A stretch of 64,000 nt of DNA from Minisyncoccota bacterium (GTDB lineage Bacteria > Patescibacteriota > Minisyncoccia > Phycocordibacterales > UBA2100). The notes beneath the pieces are model-generated. The model had not been told where the DNA came from. It worked only from the letters and a program-made list of their open reading frames with translations, and made no database searches. Positions within the stretch are counted from its first letter, which is position 1, and each line of letters begins with the position of its first letter. Made by a program: the position numbers and the translations under genes. Below, in pieces: positions 25,875-33,821 of this stretch. The stretch lies in NCBI GenBank assembly GCA_036517195.1, contig DATDXU010000002.1, positions 20,635-84,634 on the forward strand. The letters run 5' to 3'.

Positions 25875-26429
25875 TCAGTCGGCCTTCTTGGCCTTGACGA
25901 CCTTGCTCCTGCTGCGACGCGTGGGCGGGCGGTTGTTCCGCATCCGCTTCACCACCTTGCGGTGTTTTGCCTTGAGGTCGGTCACGACCGCCTTCGGCGA
26001 CGGCTTTGCCGGTGGCGCCTCTTCGGGCAGGTCGGTCGGTCCCACGGTGGCGAGATACGCGGCTGTTTGCCGCGCGTCGATCCCGCGGTAGATGTGCGCG
26101 TGGAGCGCCGTTTTGCGCCGAAGCTGGATCTTTTCCCGCATGTGCGGCGGGATGCGTTTTCCTTCCGCTTCCTCCGCCCGTTGCATTTCCTTTTCCGTCG
26201 GCGGCTTTTTCTTGTTTGCCGGCGGAATCGGGCGTGCCGCACCACGCCCATTGTGCGTGATTTCGGCTTGGATGCCGTTGTACATCATGTGCTCGAACTT
26301 GAGCCCGATGTACGGATCGGTCGCATGGCTTCTTCCGCCCCTGTTCTTGTATTTCCGTCGTCCTTCGACTTCGGTGGTGGCTGCCGGCACGTCGGTCTGC
26401 ACGCCTGTGGCGTGCGTCTCGGTGGTCAT
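25875..26429 (-). CDS. hypothetical highly basic, Pro/Lys/Arg-rich protein encoded on a GC-rich island (184 aa)
   Basis: ATG at 26429 with an aaggga SD and a consensus promoter 30-60 nt upstream. The sequence is MTTETHATGVQ...KKKPPTEKEMQRAEE...RRSRSKVVKAKKAD. Local GC is about 62% versus about 50% background, so all three frames are open; the other two were rejected. Confidence 0.5.
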   Translation of the reverse strand: MTTETHATGVQTDVPAATTEVEGRRKYKNRGGRSHATDPYIGLKFEHMMYNGIQAEITHNGRGAARPIPPANKKKPPTEKEMQRAEEAEGKRIPPHMREKIQLRRKTALHAHIYRGIDARQTAAYLATVGPTDLPEEAPPAKPSPKAVVTDLKAKHRKVVKRMRNNRPPTRRSRSKVVKAKKAD

Positions 26430-26485
26430 TGTCTCGTCTCCCTTGTTGGCGCACGTTCGGATGAACGCACGCTTTACCGTTTTGA

Positions 26486-26514
26486 ATGATAGCACAGCCA
26501 AATCAACTTGTCAA
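26486..26514 (-). promoter_or_regulatory. consensus sigma70 promoter TTGACA-17-TATCAT (minus strand)
   Basis: Reading the minus strand: TTGACA (26514-26509), a 17-nt spacer, then TATCAT (26491-26486). It drives the basic-protein gene. Confidence 0.6.
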
Positions 26515-26606
26515 CTTTTTTTGAGAGTCCCAAAAACGGCTTACCGCTTGCGTATATTTGAAGAGTCGTCTACTCTAGTAACGGAATAATAAAGAAGGAA
26601 CATCTA

Positions 26607-27758
26607 ATGGCACTCCTATGGTATTCTCCCTTTGTTGATCTTATAGCTTTGATTGGAGGTCCGTGCGGAGGGAAATCCACGGCTCTTGTGAAAGCGCGCT
26701 CATATCTTGAGAAGTATGGTATTCCAGTCTTTACACTCACAGAAACCCCAACTGAACTTATTGACGCAGGATTTTCTCCGCGAGCGGAAGATTGGTATTA
26801 TCAGACAGATTTTCAAAAGCACGTACTGCGGTACACGCTTGCGCGAGAGAATAGGTACATAGAAATGATTAAGGACCTGCATCTCAACCGTAAGGCAGTG
26901 CTTTTGTGCGATCGGCCTGTGTTTGGCGGAAGAGTTGCCTATATGTCGAAAGAGGAACACGATGCGCTTTTGACACGCGAAGGACTTTCTCTTGATGTAC
27001 TACTACATCGTTATCGTGCCGTTTTGCATCTTGTAACAGCTGCCGAGGGTGCTGAAAAGTATTATACGCTCGCGAACAACATGGCTCGAAAGGAAACAGC
27101 AGAAGAGGCGCGTGCGCTGGACAAGAGAACCATTGAATCGTGGAGTGGGCACCCCCGCGCCCACATCATTGATAACAGTACCGACTTTTCTGGTAAGATG
27201 CGTCGTTTTCAACAACTATTAGCAAGGAGTTTGGACATGCCAGAACCACTTGAGAAAGAGCGTTGGTTCGTCGTGTTGAATTTTCGTCCTGATTTTATTC
27301 CGGCAGGCACACCGCGAATGTACATTGTTCAGGATTACCTTAAGAGCTCCCCTAAGGTTGAGAGGCGAGTGCGCAGTCGTACTCTTTTTGGGGCGACACG
27401 TTTTTTCTACACGGAAAAAAGGCCGACCCTTGCTGTGGGCGAGCGCATCGAGGTGGAGCGGGAGATATCGGAGGCGGAGTATCGTGCACTTCTCACAGAT
27501 ACCACTGCATCCGTGACAAAAACTCGCTGGGGTATTCCATACGAAGGACATCATATGGAATTGGATGAATTTTACCAACCGATTTCAGGTCTTCATAAGC
27601 TCGAGATAGAGGTAGCTGACATGAAAGACCCAGTCACAATTCCTCCAGAGTGGAATGTGGTTGAAGTAACGGGAAATGCTCGTTTTGGTAGTCGCGGTAT
27701 TGCAACGGGTTCGCTTGGGTGCGGATTTTTCGTGCCCAGAAAATACGGACTTCTATAA
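26607..27758 (+). CDS. P-loop NTPase/kinase (AAA_28-like) fused to a C-terminal CYTH (triphosphate tunnel metalloenzyme) domain
   Basis: Walker A LIGGPCGGKST at the N-terminus. The C-terminal half begins EKERWFVVLNF, the CYTH ExExK signature, with conserved acidic/basic tunnel residues downstream. SD is aaagaagg. Confidence 0.65.
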   Translation: MALLWYSPFVDLIALIGGPCGGKSTALVKARSYLEKYGIPVFTLTETPTELIDAGFSPRAEDWYYQTDFQKHVLRYTLARENRYIEMIKDLHLNRKAVLLCDRPVFGGRVAYMSKEEHDALLTREGLSLDVLLHRYRAVLHLVTAAEGAEKYYTLANNMARKETAEEARALDKRTIESWSGHPRAHIIDNSTDFSGKMRRFQQLLARSLDMPEPLEKERWFVVLNFRPDFIPAGTPRMYIVQDYLKSSPKVERRVRSRTLFGATRFFYTEKRPTLAVGERIEVEREISEAEYRALLTDTTASVTKTRWGIPYEGHHMELDEFYQPISGLHKLEIEVADMKDPVTIPPEWNVVEVTGNARFGSRGIATGSLGCGFFVPRKYGLL

Positions 27759-27765
27759 GGGATAT

Positions 27766-27800
27766 AAACGGCCTCGCCATGACGGGGCCGTTTTTCTTTA
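27766..27800 (+). terminator. rho-independent terminator aaacggcc-tcgccatgacgg-ggccgttt + T-run
   Basis: 8-bp perfect stem followed by ttctttagg. Confidence 0.65.
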
Positions 27801-27886
27801 GGTGCGTGTGGATAACCCAAGGGGGGCTACAAGACAGGCATACAATGAAGTGTATATATCAATGTTAATAATTTTATAAACGCACT

Positions 27887-30800
27887 ATGATTCGACATCG
27901 AGAAGGGTCTCTCGCTTTTTTTGTTAAGTTCTGTATTTTCAGTATTTGTTTTCTCGCGGTATTTGCATTCTATACAACGTTCGTTCAGGCTGGCGTTTTT
28001 CAATTTGCAGACGGAGACCCGAAGCATCTGCGCGCGCTCTCGCTCGCTGCGGTAGAGGGAGCGGAAGCGGAGATCGATGTTGCGGAGAAAATCAATCTCG
28101 ACGAGAACTACACGCCGGAAGATTTCGGTATCGATAATCTCGGATTTCTTCCGAACAACCCGCTCTATGTGTTCAAAAGTTTGCGTCGTAGTGTAACATC
28201 TGCATTCACGTTTGACCCTGTTTCTCAAGCAGAATTGAAATTACAATTTGCGGCGGAAAAACTTTTGGAAGCGAAAGAATTGGCTGGGAGAGAGGGGGTA
28301 AGTGAAGGAACTATTACGCGTGCGCTCCAAAATTACGAAGACGAACTTGCGGGGATTGATAGGGAGGTGAGAGACGTGGGGAGTGCTGATCCAGAGCAAT
28401 CACTGGAGCTGGCGAGTACCGTCATGGATTCCATGACGAAGTATCAAAAAATGCTCGGCTCTTTTGACAAATCACTTTCTTCGGAATCGTTTGACACAGT
28501 GCAGGACATAAAAGACGCAACCGCGGAAACGTTTGGGGCTGTCTTTACCTTGGGAGAAGCTGGAGCAATTTCGGAAGAACTTGTCTCCGTTCTTGACACG
28601 CAATCAGGTTCCGAATTCAAGCATTTCAAAAACGCGGAAATATTGAAAGAACTAAGCGATAAAGCGCCTGTTGACGCTCACGAAGCACTGCAAGACGTAG
28701 AAGATAATGTGCTCAATAAACTGCAGGTGCAACTGGAGCAGTCTGACGCCGCGCAAAAAGCTATATTCAGCGATTTCGTGCAGGAAATAGGTGGCAGTGA
28801 AGTTCGTCACATTGAGGTCATTAATGAGCTTGAGGTACGACCTATTTCTGATGATGTTCGAGACGCTATTTCGGGTGTGAAAGAGGGGGTGTTGGCAAAA
28901 ACAGAAGATCGTCTTGAGGCATTTACGCCCGAGCAAAAAGAAAAATTTCTCGGGCACCTCGTCGGAGGCACTCTTGAGAACATCCGCGTCATTAAAGAGA
29001 TTGAAAACAGTGTTGCCGCGGGTGTGTTTGCTGGAATTGAAAAAGTAAAAACTCAAGCAACGGAGCAGTTCAAACAAAATATTGAGGAAGCGGGCACGAA
29101 CGATGAGCGCAAACAGGAGTTTACCAACTCAATCGAACGTTTTCACGATGCGAAGTCCATCTCGGTTCTTGAAGAAATAGGCGCGCTGATTCCGGACGAT
29201 AAGAAAGAGTTTTTTAACACACTCAAGCAGAAGGCTGCGCAAGAAATCAGGCGGGATATTGATGGCGCACGAAATGCCACGCAACGACAAGTTATTTACA
29301 AATCGCTTTCTGGAGACCACCCGGAAGATGTTGCCGCGCTAGAAAGCTTTGAAGGAGATATCGGGATATCAAGCTCTATGCGGGGAGTTTTGGACGCGCT
29401 TCGCGCTACGCAATATGGCCGCGTACAGAATCGTGCCGCGAATATTACGGACGCGAGCCGTTTGGAGAAATTTGAACAAGAATATCAAAAATACGAAACA
29501 TCGTTTGACGAGGCGCCGACTGGAACACGTCTCGAATCAACATTCAGAGACAGGAAAAATGTTTTCGATTCTCCGGATCGCGCGTACGACAAAATCGCGG
29601 AAGCGCGCGCCGCGCTCACAAAGCTTGAAAGTGTTGTAGATACCCTTCCGTTTGACGTCGGGTTTGAAGACGGACATTTTGACCCCGCGATTCAAGAAAT
29701 TGAGCGTATGCGCGCGGCGGCAGAAAAGAAACTGGGAGTTGCCGAAACATCGCTTGAATACAACGACGTGGGGCGGGCATTCGGAGAAGCGCAAGCCGCT
29801 CTTCAAATGGCGAAAAACGGCCTCTCCATGGCAACAGGATACAAGCAGGGAAGAAAGCAAGAAAAACAAGTGCTCGATTTCCTTCCAAAAGATTTCTATC
29901 AAAACGATACGGCTGTTCGTCCGAGTGTTACGGAAGGATTCAATTTGTACAATGCGTATGAGTTCAGTCAGTTCTGCGCGTTCACGGGCGGTTTCTTGAA
30001 AGGAAAGACACGCTGTGATTTTGCTGACGGACGATCTCTCGAAGTTCCGGGTGGCGCGTTTCCGTTCAGAATTCCACCCGAATTTGTTCCACAAAATGTA
30101 GTTCAAAAAGAAACAGATGGAAAACCGATTCCAGTCGGATGTCCTTCTGTGCCACCAACGTTTGGGAATTTCTGCGCGGGTGGAAAAATTGTGGATCAGT
30201 TTGACAGGAGGGGGTGTCAAATCGCGCCTCGTTGTGAATACAAAAATGTTGAAGATATGCCAATTCGTCCTGGGCTCGATCCAATCGATATGGAACGCAA
30301 ACTGCACCCAACTGATCCGACGCTCTGTGGTAGCTTCCAGGGGTATCAATGTCGCGAGGGGTACTACTGTGAGTATCCGAAAGACACCCGCTCTACCGAT
30401 GCGTTTGGAAAATGTGTAAAAGGAAACGAACAGGTAACCTGTCAGGCGTACTTCACCGGTTGGGTTTACGAAGCGAGCGCGAAAGGAGGAAGCCAGTGCG
30501 TGCAAAAGAGTGTTACCGGATGTACCAACCCATTCGTTTATATTTCGAAAGAGCAATGTGAACGCGGGCAAAACACAGACCCAAATACATATGAGGGAGA
30601 CGCGAATTCGTGCCCTGGATTTGCCTATAGTGCGTGGGATAAGAAGGGGGTACGTTATTGTCAACTCAATACGGAATACAGGTGTGATTACAATTATCCA
30701 AGTTACTTAACGAATGGAGCAAACTACAAGGCGGAAAATTGTCCGGCAGATTTGGTGACGGTGTATTGCGATTCCTACACCACAGAAAGTTCCTGCAAGA

Positions 30801-33043
30801 CGATAGCAACCTGTCAGTGGGGGATTCCATCGGGCGAAAGTGCAAAAAGATGTTATGTGTCTGGCAAGACGGGGATGTGTCCTTCAATGCCGACGGTGTC
30901 CAGTTGTCCGGCAGGGCAGAAAAGGGTAGTTTCATGGAGCTCACCTGAATGCGGTGAATACCATACGTGTATGAACGATACGCCGACCACGGACCAAACG
31001 TGGACACAAACCACATGGAAGTTCACTGACGGCGAACAAACGTCTATGATTCTCGACCGCTTAGACGCCGAGTATCAAAATTACTTGGCGCCTATTCGCG
31101 CGCAGTGTCTCACGATTTCCAAAGCGAAGTTTACATGGAGACAGGGCGCGGGAGATGATAGCGCAACAAACTGGAGAAACTTTGGTATTCCAGATTGTTC
31201 CGGTACGGCGACCACTAATTACCAATGTGGCAACAACATGTGTGAGATGAATGAAACGGCCCAATCGTGCCCGACTGATTGTGGTAGCACGGGAGGCGGA
31301 TGTGGCTGGTACATGAACGAAACGGCGTGTAAAACGGTGAACGGTTGTTCGTGGACCGCGATGTCCAGCAATTCGAATGGCGGATACTGCGCGCCGACAA
31401 GTACCAACTGGACACCACAGTGTTCCGACGGTAAAGACAATGACAGCGATGGAAAAATTGATTATCCAAACGATGCTGGTTGCTACGGCAAGACGGACGA
31501 CATGGAATCGGACAGCTTTGGGGGCGAGAGCGGTATGCGTCGCTGTTTTTACCCAAACACAACGAAAGGCGGCACGCACGTCGGGTGGACTATTTGGTGC
31601 GAGTCAGATTATGTGAATTGTCACTATGGAGACCCAGCTGGGAAAGTGTTTGATACTGCCGGTGCCTCTCTTGGTGCTCCATCAAGTTGCGAAAGCGGTC
31701 TTGGTGGAGGGTCAGGTGGCGGATGCGGCATATATATGACAGACGCAACATGTAAGGCCATGTCTGCATGCCGCTGGGCGACGGGTACTTCCGGTGGAGG
31801 ATACTGTGAACCGATACCCACGACATCAGGCGCGATGCAGTGTTCCGACGGCAAAGACAACGACAGTGATGGGCAAATTGATTATCCGGCTGACACCGGC
31901 TGTTACAGCAAAGAAGACCCAGACGAAGCGTATGCGGGGACTGGGACGACCTATGTGGGAGACGCAAATTCTTGCCCGAGCTTTGCCTACAGCAGATGGG
32001 ATACAAAAGGTGTCAGGTACTGTCAGCTTAATGCAGAGCGAAAGTGTGATTATAACTATCCAAGCTACATAACGAATGGCGCGAATTATAAAGCGGAAAG
32101 CTGTCCGGTAACTGATTCCACGATCACCACTACTGCTACGATGAGTTGCATGGGTACCTATACAACACAGACATCGTGTCAGAGCGCGGGATGCACGTGG
32201 TTTGCCAGTCACTATGACGGTACGCACTGTGATAACGCGGCGCATGGAAGTTCAGGCACTGGCACCAACTCTTCACAGTATGGCTCGTGCGCGAATTACA
32301 CCTCGCAATCATCATGCACAAGTGTCACAAACTGCAAGTGGTTTACCGGTTCAGGGTCTGGGAATACGTCGTACTGCTATTACGAGAGCGGAACATCAGG
32401 TTCCTCGTGTTCTTCTGGACAGTATTGGAACGGTAGCGCATGCGTTACCTCTACAACAACCGGAACTACATGCCAAACGGGTCAATACTGGAACGGGAGT
32501 AGTTGTGTCACGTCTTCAACGACGCAGTATTCTTCGGATCCAGCGACCGCGTGCGCGCAGGGGGGCGGCTCATGGAACAGTTCGACAAGTTATTGCACAA
32601 TGTCGAATTCATCCGCATGTACATCAGGTCAATATTGGAACGGTAGCGCGTGTGTTACTTCTTCAACAACGGGGTCTTCATGCCCATCGGGCCAGTGGTG
32701 GAATGGTTCAAGTTGTGTGAATACATCCACGACAGATTGTCCGTCGGGGCAATACTGGAGTGGCTCAAGCTGTGTCACCAGCTCTTCCTCAACCACAGAT
32801 TATTCCAGCATGCAGTCGTCGTGCGCGTCTGCCGGTGGCACGTGGGATTCTACAAGCAACTATTGCCAGATGCCATCAACCTCAAGTTCGTCTTCTTCAA
32901 CATCGTGTCCGTCTGACCAATATTGGAACGGTAGCTCGTGCGTAACAACATCTTCGTCTGATACCACCTCTTCGTACACTCCACCCCCTTCAACAGACAC
33001 AACAACTACGTACACACCACCCCCTACAACAACGACCCCCTAA
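27887..33043 (+). CDS. giant (1718 aa) secreted/cell-surface cysteine-rich modular protein
   Basis: Single 5.1-kb ORF.
- N-terminal signal-anchor (FFVKFCIFSICFLAVFAFY).
- About 700 aa of acidic helical region.
- A duplicated Cys-rich module (GGGCGxYM..T.CK....C.W......GGYC.P......QCSDGKDNDSDGxIDYPxDxGCY...D.DE, then Y[EV]GDANSCP[GS]FAYS.WD.KGVRYCQLN.E.KCDYNYPSY[LI]TNGANYKAE[NS]CP).
- Six tandem copies of C-x-SGQYWNGS-x-CV-(S/T)n.
- An S/T/P-rich tail. Confidence 0.85.
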   Translation: MIRHREGSLAFFVKFCIFSICFLAVFAFYTTFVQAGVFQFADGDPKHLRALSLAAVEGAEAEIDVAEKINLDENYTPEDFGIDNLGFLPNNPLYVFKSLRRSVTSAFTFDPVSQAELKLQFAAEKLLEAKELAGREGVSEGTITRALQNYEDELAGIDREVRDVGSADPEQSLELASTVMDSMTKYQKMLGSFDKSLSSESFDTVQDIKDATAETFGAVFTLGEAGAISEELVSVLDTQSGSEFKHFKNAEILKELSDKAPVDAHEALQDVEDNVLNKLQVQLEQSDAAQKAIFSDFVQEIGGSEVRHIEVINELEVRPISDDVRDAISGVKEGVLAKTEDRLEAFTPEQKEKFLGHLVGGTLENIRVIKEIENSVAAGVFAGIEKVKTQATEQFKQNIEEAGTNDERKQEFTNSIERFHDAKSISVLEEIGALIPDDKKEFFNTLKQKAAQEIRRDIDGARNATQRQVIYKSLSGDHPEDVAALESFEGDIGISSSMRGVLDALRATQYGRVQNRAANITDASRLEKFEQEYQKYETSFDEAPTGTRLESTFRDRKNVFDSPDRAYDKIAEARAALTKLESVVDTLPFDVGFEDGHFDPAIQEIERMRAAAEKKLGVAETSLEYNDVGRAFGEAQAALQMAKNGLSMATGYKQGRKQEKQVLDFLPKDFYQNDTAVRPSVTEGFNLYNAYEFSQFCAFTGGFLKGKTRCDFADGRSLEVPGGAFPFRIPPEFVPQNVVQKETDGKPIPVGCPSVPPTFGNFCAGGKIVDQFDRRGCQIAPRCEYKNVEDMPIRPGLDPIDMERKLHPTDPTLCGSFQGYQCREGYYCEYPKDTRSTDAFGKCVKGNEQVTCQAYFTGWVYEASAKGGSQCVQKSVTGCTNPFVYISKEQCERGQNTDPNTYEGDANSCPGFAYSAWDKKGVRYCQLNTEYRCDYNYPSYLTNGANYKAENCPADLVTVYCDSYTTESSCKTIATCQWGIPSGESAKRCYVSGKTGMCPSMPTVSSCPAGQKRVVSWSSPECGEYHTCMNDTPTTDQTWTQTTWKFTDGEQTSMILDRLDAEYQNYLAPIRAQCLTISKAKFTWRQGAGDDSATNWRNFGIPDCSGTATTNYQCGNNMCEMNETAQSCPTDCGSTGGGCGWYMNETACKTVNGCSWTAMSSNSNGGYCAPTSTNWTPQCSDGKDNDSDGKIDYPNDAGCYGKTDDMESDSFGGESGMRRCFYPNTTKGGTHVGWTIWCESDYVNCHYGDPAGKVFDTAGASLGAPSSCESGLGGGSGGGCGIYMTDATCKAMSACRWATGTSGGGYCEPIPTTSGAMQCSDGKDNDSDGQIDYPADTGCYSKEDPDEAYAGTGTTYVGDANSCPSFAYSRWDTKGVRYCQLNAERKCDYNYPSYITNGANYKAESCPVTDSTITTTATMSCMGTYTTQTSCQSAGCTWFASHYDGTHCDNAAHGSSGTGTNSSQYGSCANYTSQSSCTSVTNCKWFTGSGSGNTSYCYYESGTSGSSCSSGQYWNGSACVTSTTTGTTCQTGQYWNGSSCVTSSTTQYSSDPATACAQGGGSWNSSTSYCTMSNSSACTSGQYWNGSACVTSSTTGSSCPSGQWWNGSSCVNTSTTDCPSGQYWSGSSCVTSSSSTTDYSSMQSSCASAGGTWDSTSNYCQMPSTSSSSSSTSCPSDQYWNGSSCVTTSSSDTTSSYTPPPSTDTTTTYTPPPTTTTP

Positions 33044-33049
33044 TTCCGC

Positions 33050-33085
33050 AAAAAAGAACCCCCCGATTTCGTGAGGGGGGGGTGA
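33050..33085. terminator. bidirectional terminator cccccc-gatttcgtga-ggggggg flanked by A6/T-rich
   Basis: Lies between the giant gene (+) and the convergent 33093-33596 (-) gene. Confidence 0.6.
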
Positions 33086-33092
33086 AAGGGTG

Positions 33093-33596
33093 TTATTGGA
33101 GTGCGGGACACGGATAGGTGGCGCACAGCAATTTCCATGCCATGCGCGATTTTTCCATTGCCTCTTTCCACAGGGGAGAGTGTTGGTTGATTCTTTTTGT
33201 CGGCGGCTCACGTTCATTCTGGAGACCGGTCATCCTTTTCTTGATGGTGACGATGCGGTCGTTTTCCCAAAACTCCCACGACGTAATGTGTATGCCATAC
33301 GTATTTTTTCGTGCAACCCGTTCCTCAACCATCCAACGTCCACCGTCACCGAAAGAGTAAAAGTGAACGGCAAACACTTTCTCATCTCCGGATTCGCCCC
33401 GTAAGGGTGTCAGTACACTTAAGCTCACGGTTGGCGGATGGGTTTCAATTATTTTTCCGAATTCTCTCATATTTTTTTCCATCGCGCGTATCACGTCCCC
33501 ACTTGGATATGGCTCAAACGCGAATGTGGGCGAAGAAAATCCGACACTTGCGGCAATGGTGAGAGCCACAACTTGGGCGATCATGGATGTGTTCAT
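33093..33596 (-). CDS. hypothetical secreted protein (signal peptide, 167 aa)
   Basis: N-terminal MNTSMIAQVVALTIAASVGFSSPTFA, then a hydrophilic domain. Confidence 0.5.
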   Translation of the reverse strand: MNTSMIAQVVALTIAASVGFSSPTFAFEPYPSGDVIRAMEKNMREFGKIIETHPPTVSLSVLTPLRGESGDEKVFAVHFYSFGDGGRWMVEERVARKNTYGIHITSWEFWENDRIVTIKKRMTGLQNEREPPTKRINQHSPLWKEAMEKSRMAWKLLCATYPCPALQ

Positions 33597-33821
33597 CGCA
33601 CATATCCTTTCTACGTTTGTATGCTATGTTGCTTATACCACTCTGCACTTTAAAAGTCAAATTCGTCAGAGGTGCGCGAGACATATTCTCTGGCGGGATT
33701 AAGTTTTTAGATGGTCACGATATCACAACGCACAATACACACACGCAAGAGTTGCAACGGGTTGACGTGTGGTAGTGTGAGTTAAGAACATGATCGCACA
33801 ACACAGGAAAGAGAGGTTTAC

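Noticed and set aside
25645-26489. Long ORFs in two further frames (25645-26454 minus, 269 aa Arg-rich; 25842-26489 plus, 215 aa) overlapping the basic-protein gene
   Set aside because: The region is about 62% GC, so stop codons are depleted in all frames. Only the 25875-26429 minus frame has an SD+ATG, a consensus promoter and a terminator; the others lack start signals and have Arg/Gly-dominated junk composition.
30580-32930. Periodic nucleotide repeats inside the giant gene considered as a possible CRISPR array or VNTR
   Set aside because: The repeats are in-frame protein repeats with synonymous divergence and no unique spacers. Minus-strand ORFs across them (31061-31579, 31590-32006, 31826-32245) are antisense artefacts.
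32380-32930. Many N-G-S / N-x-S/T sequons in the GQYWNGSxC repeats as N-glycosylation sites
   Set aside because: Bacterial PglB-type N-glycosylation needs D/E-x-N-x-S/T, which these lack. The sequons are more likely a by-product of the S/T-rich repeat composition.
33597-33821. Possible sigma54 (-24 GG / -12 GC) promoter upstream of prkA, as in E. coli yeaG
   Set aside because: No TGGCAC-N5-TTGC-like element was found; only a weak TTGACG...TAAGAA sigma70-like pair.
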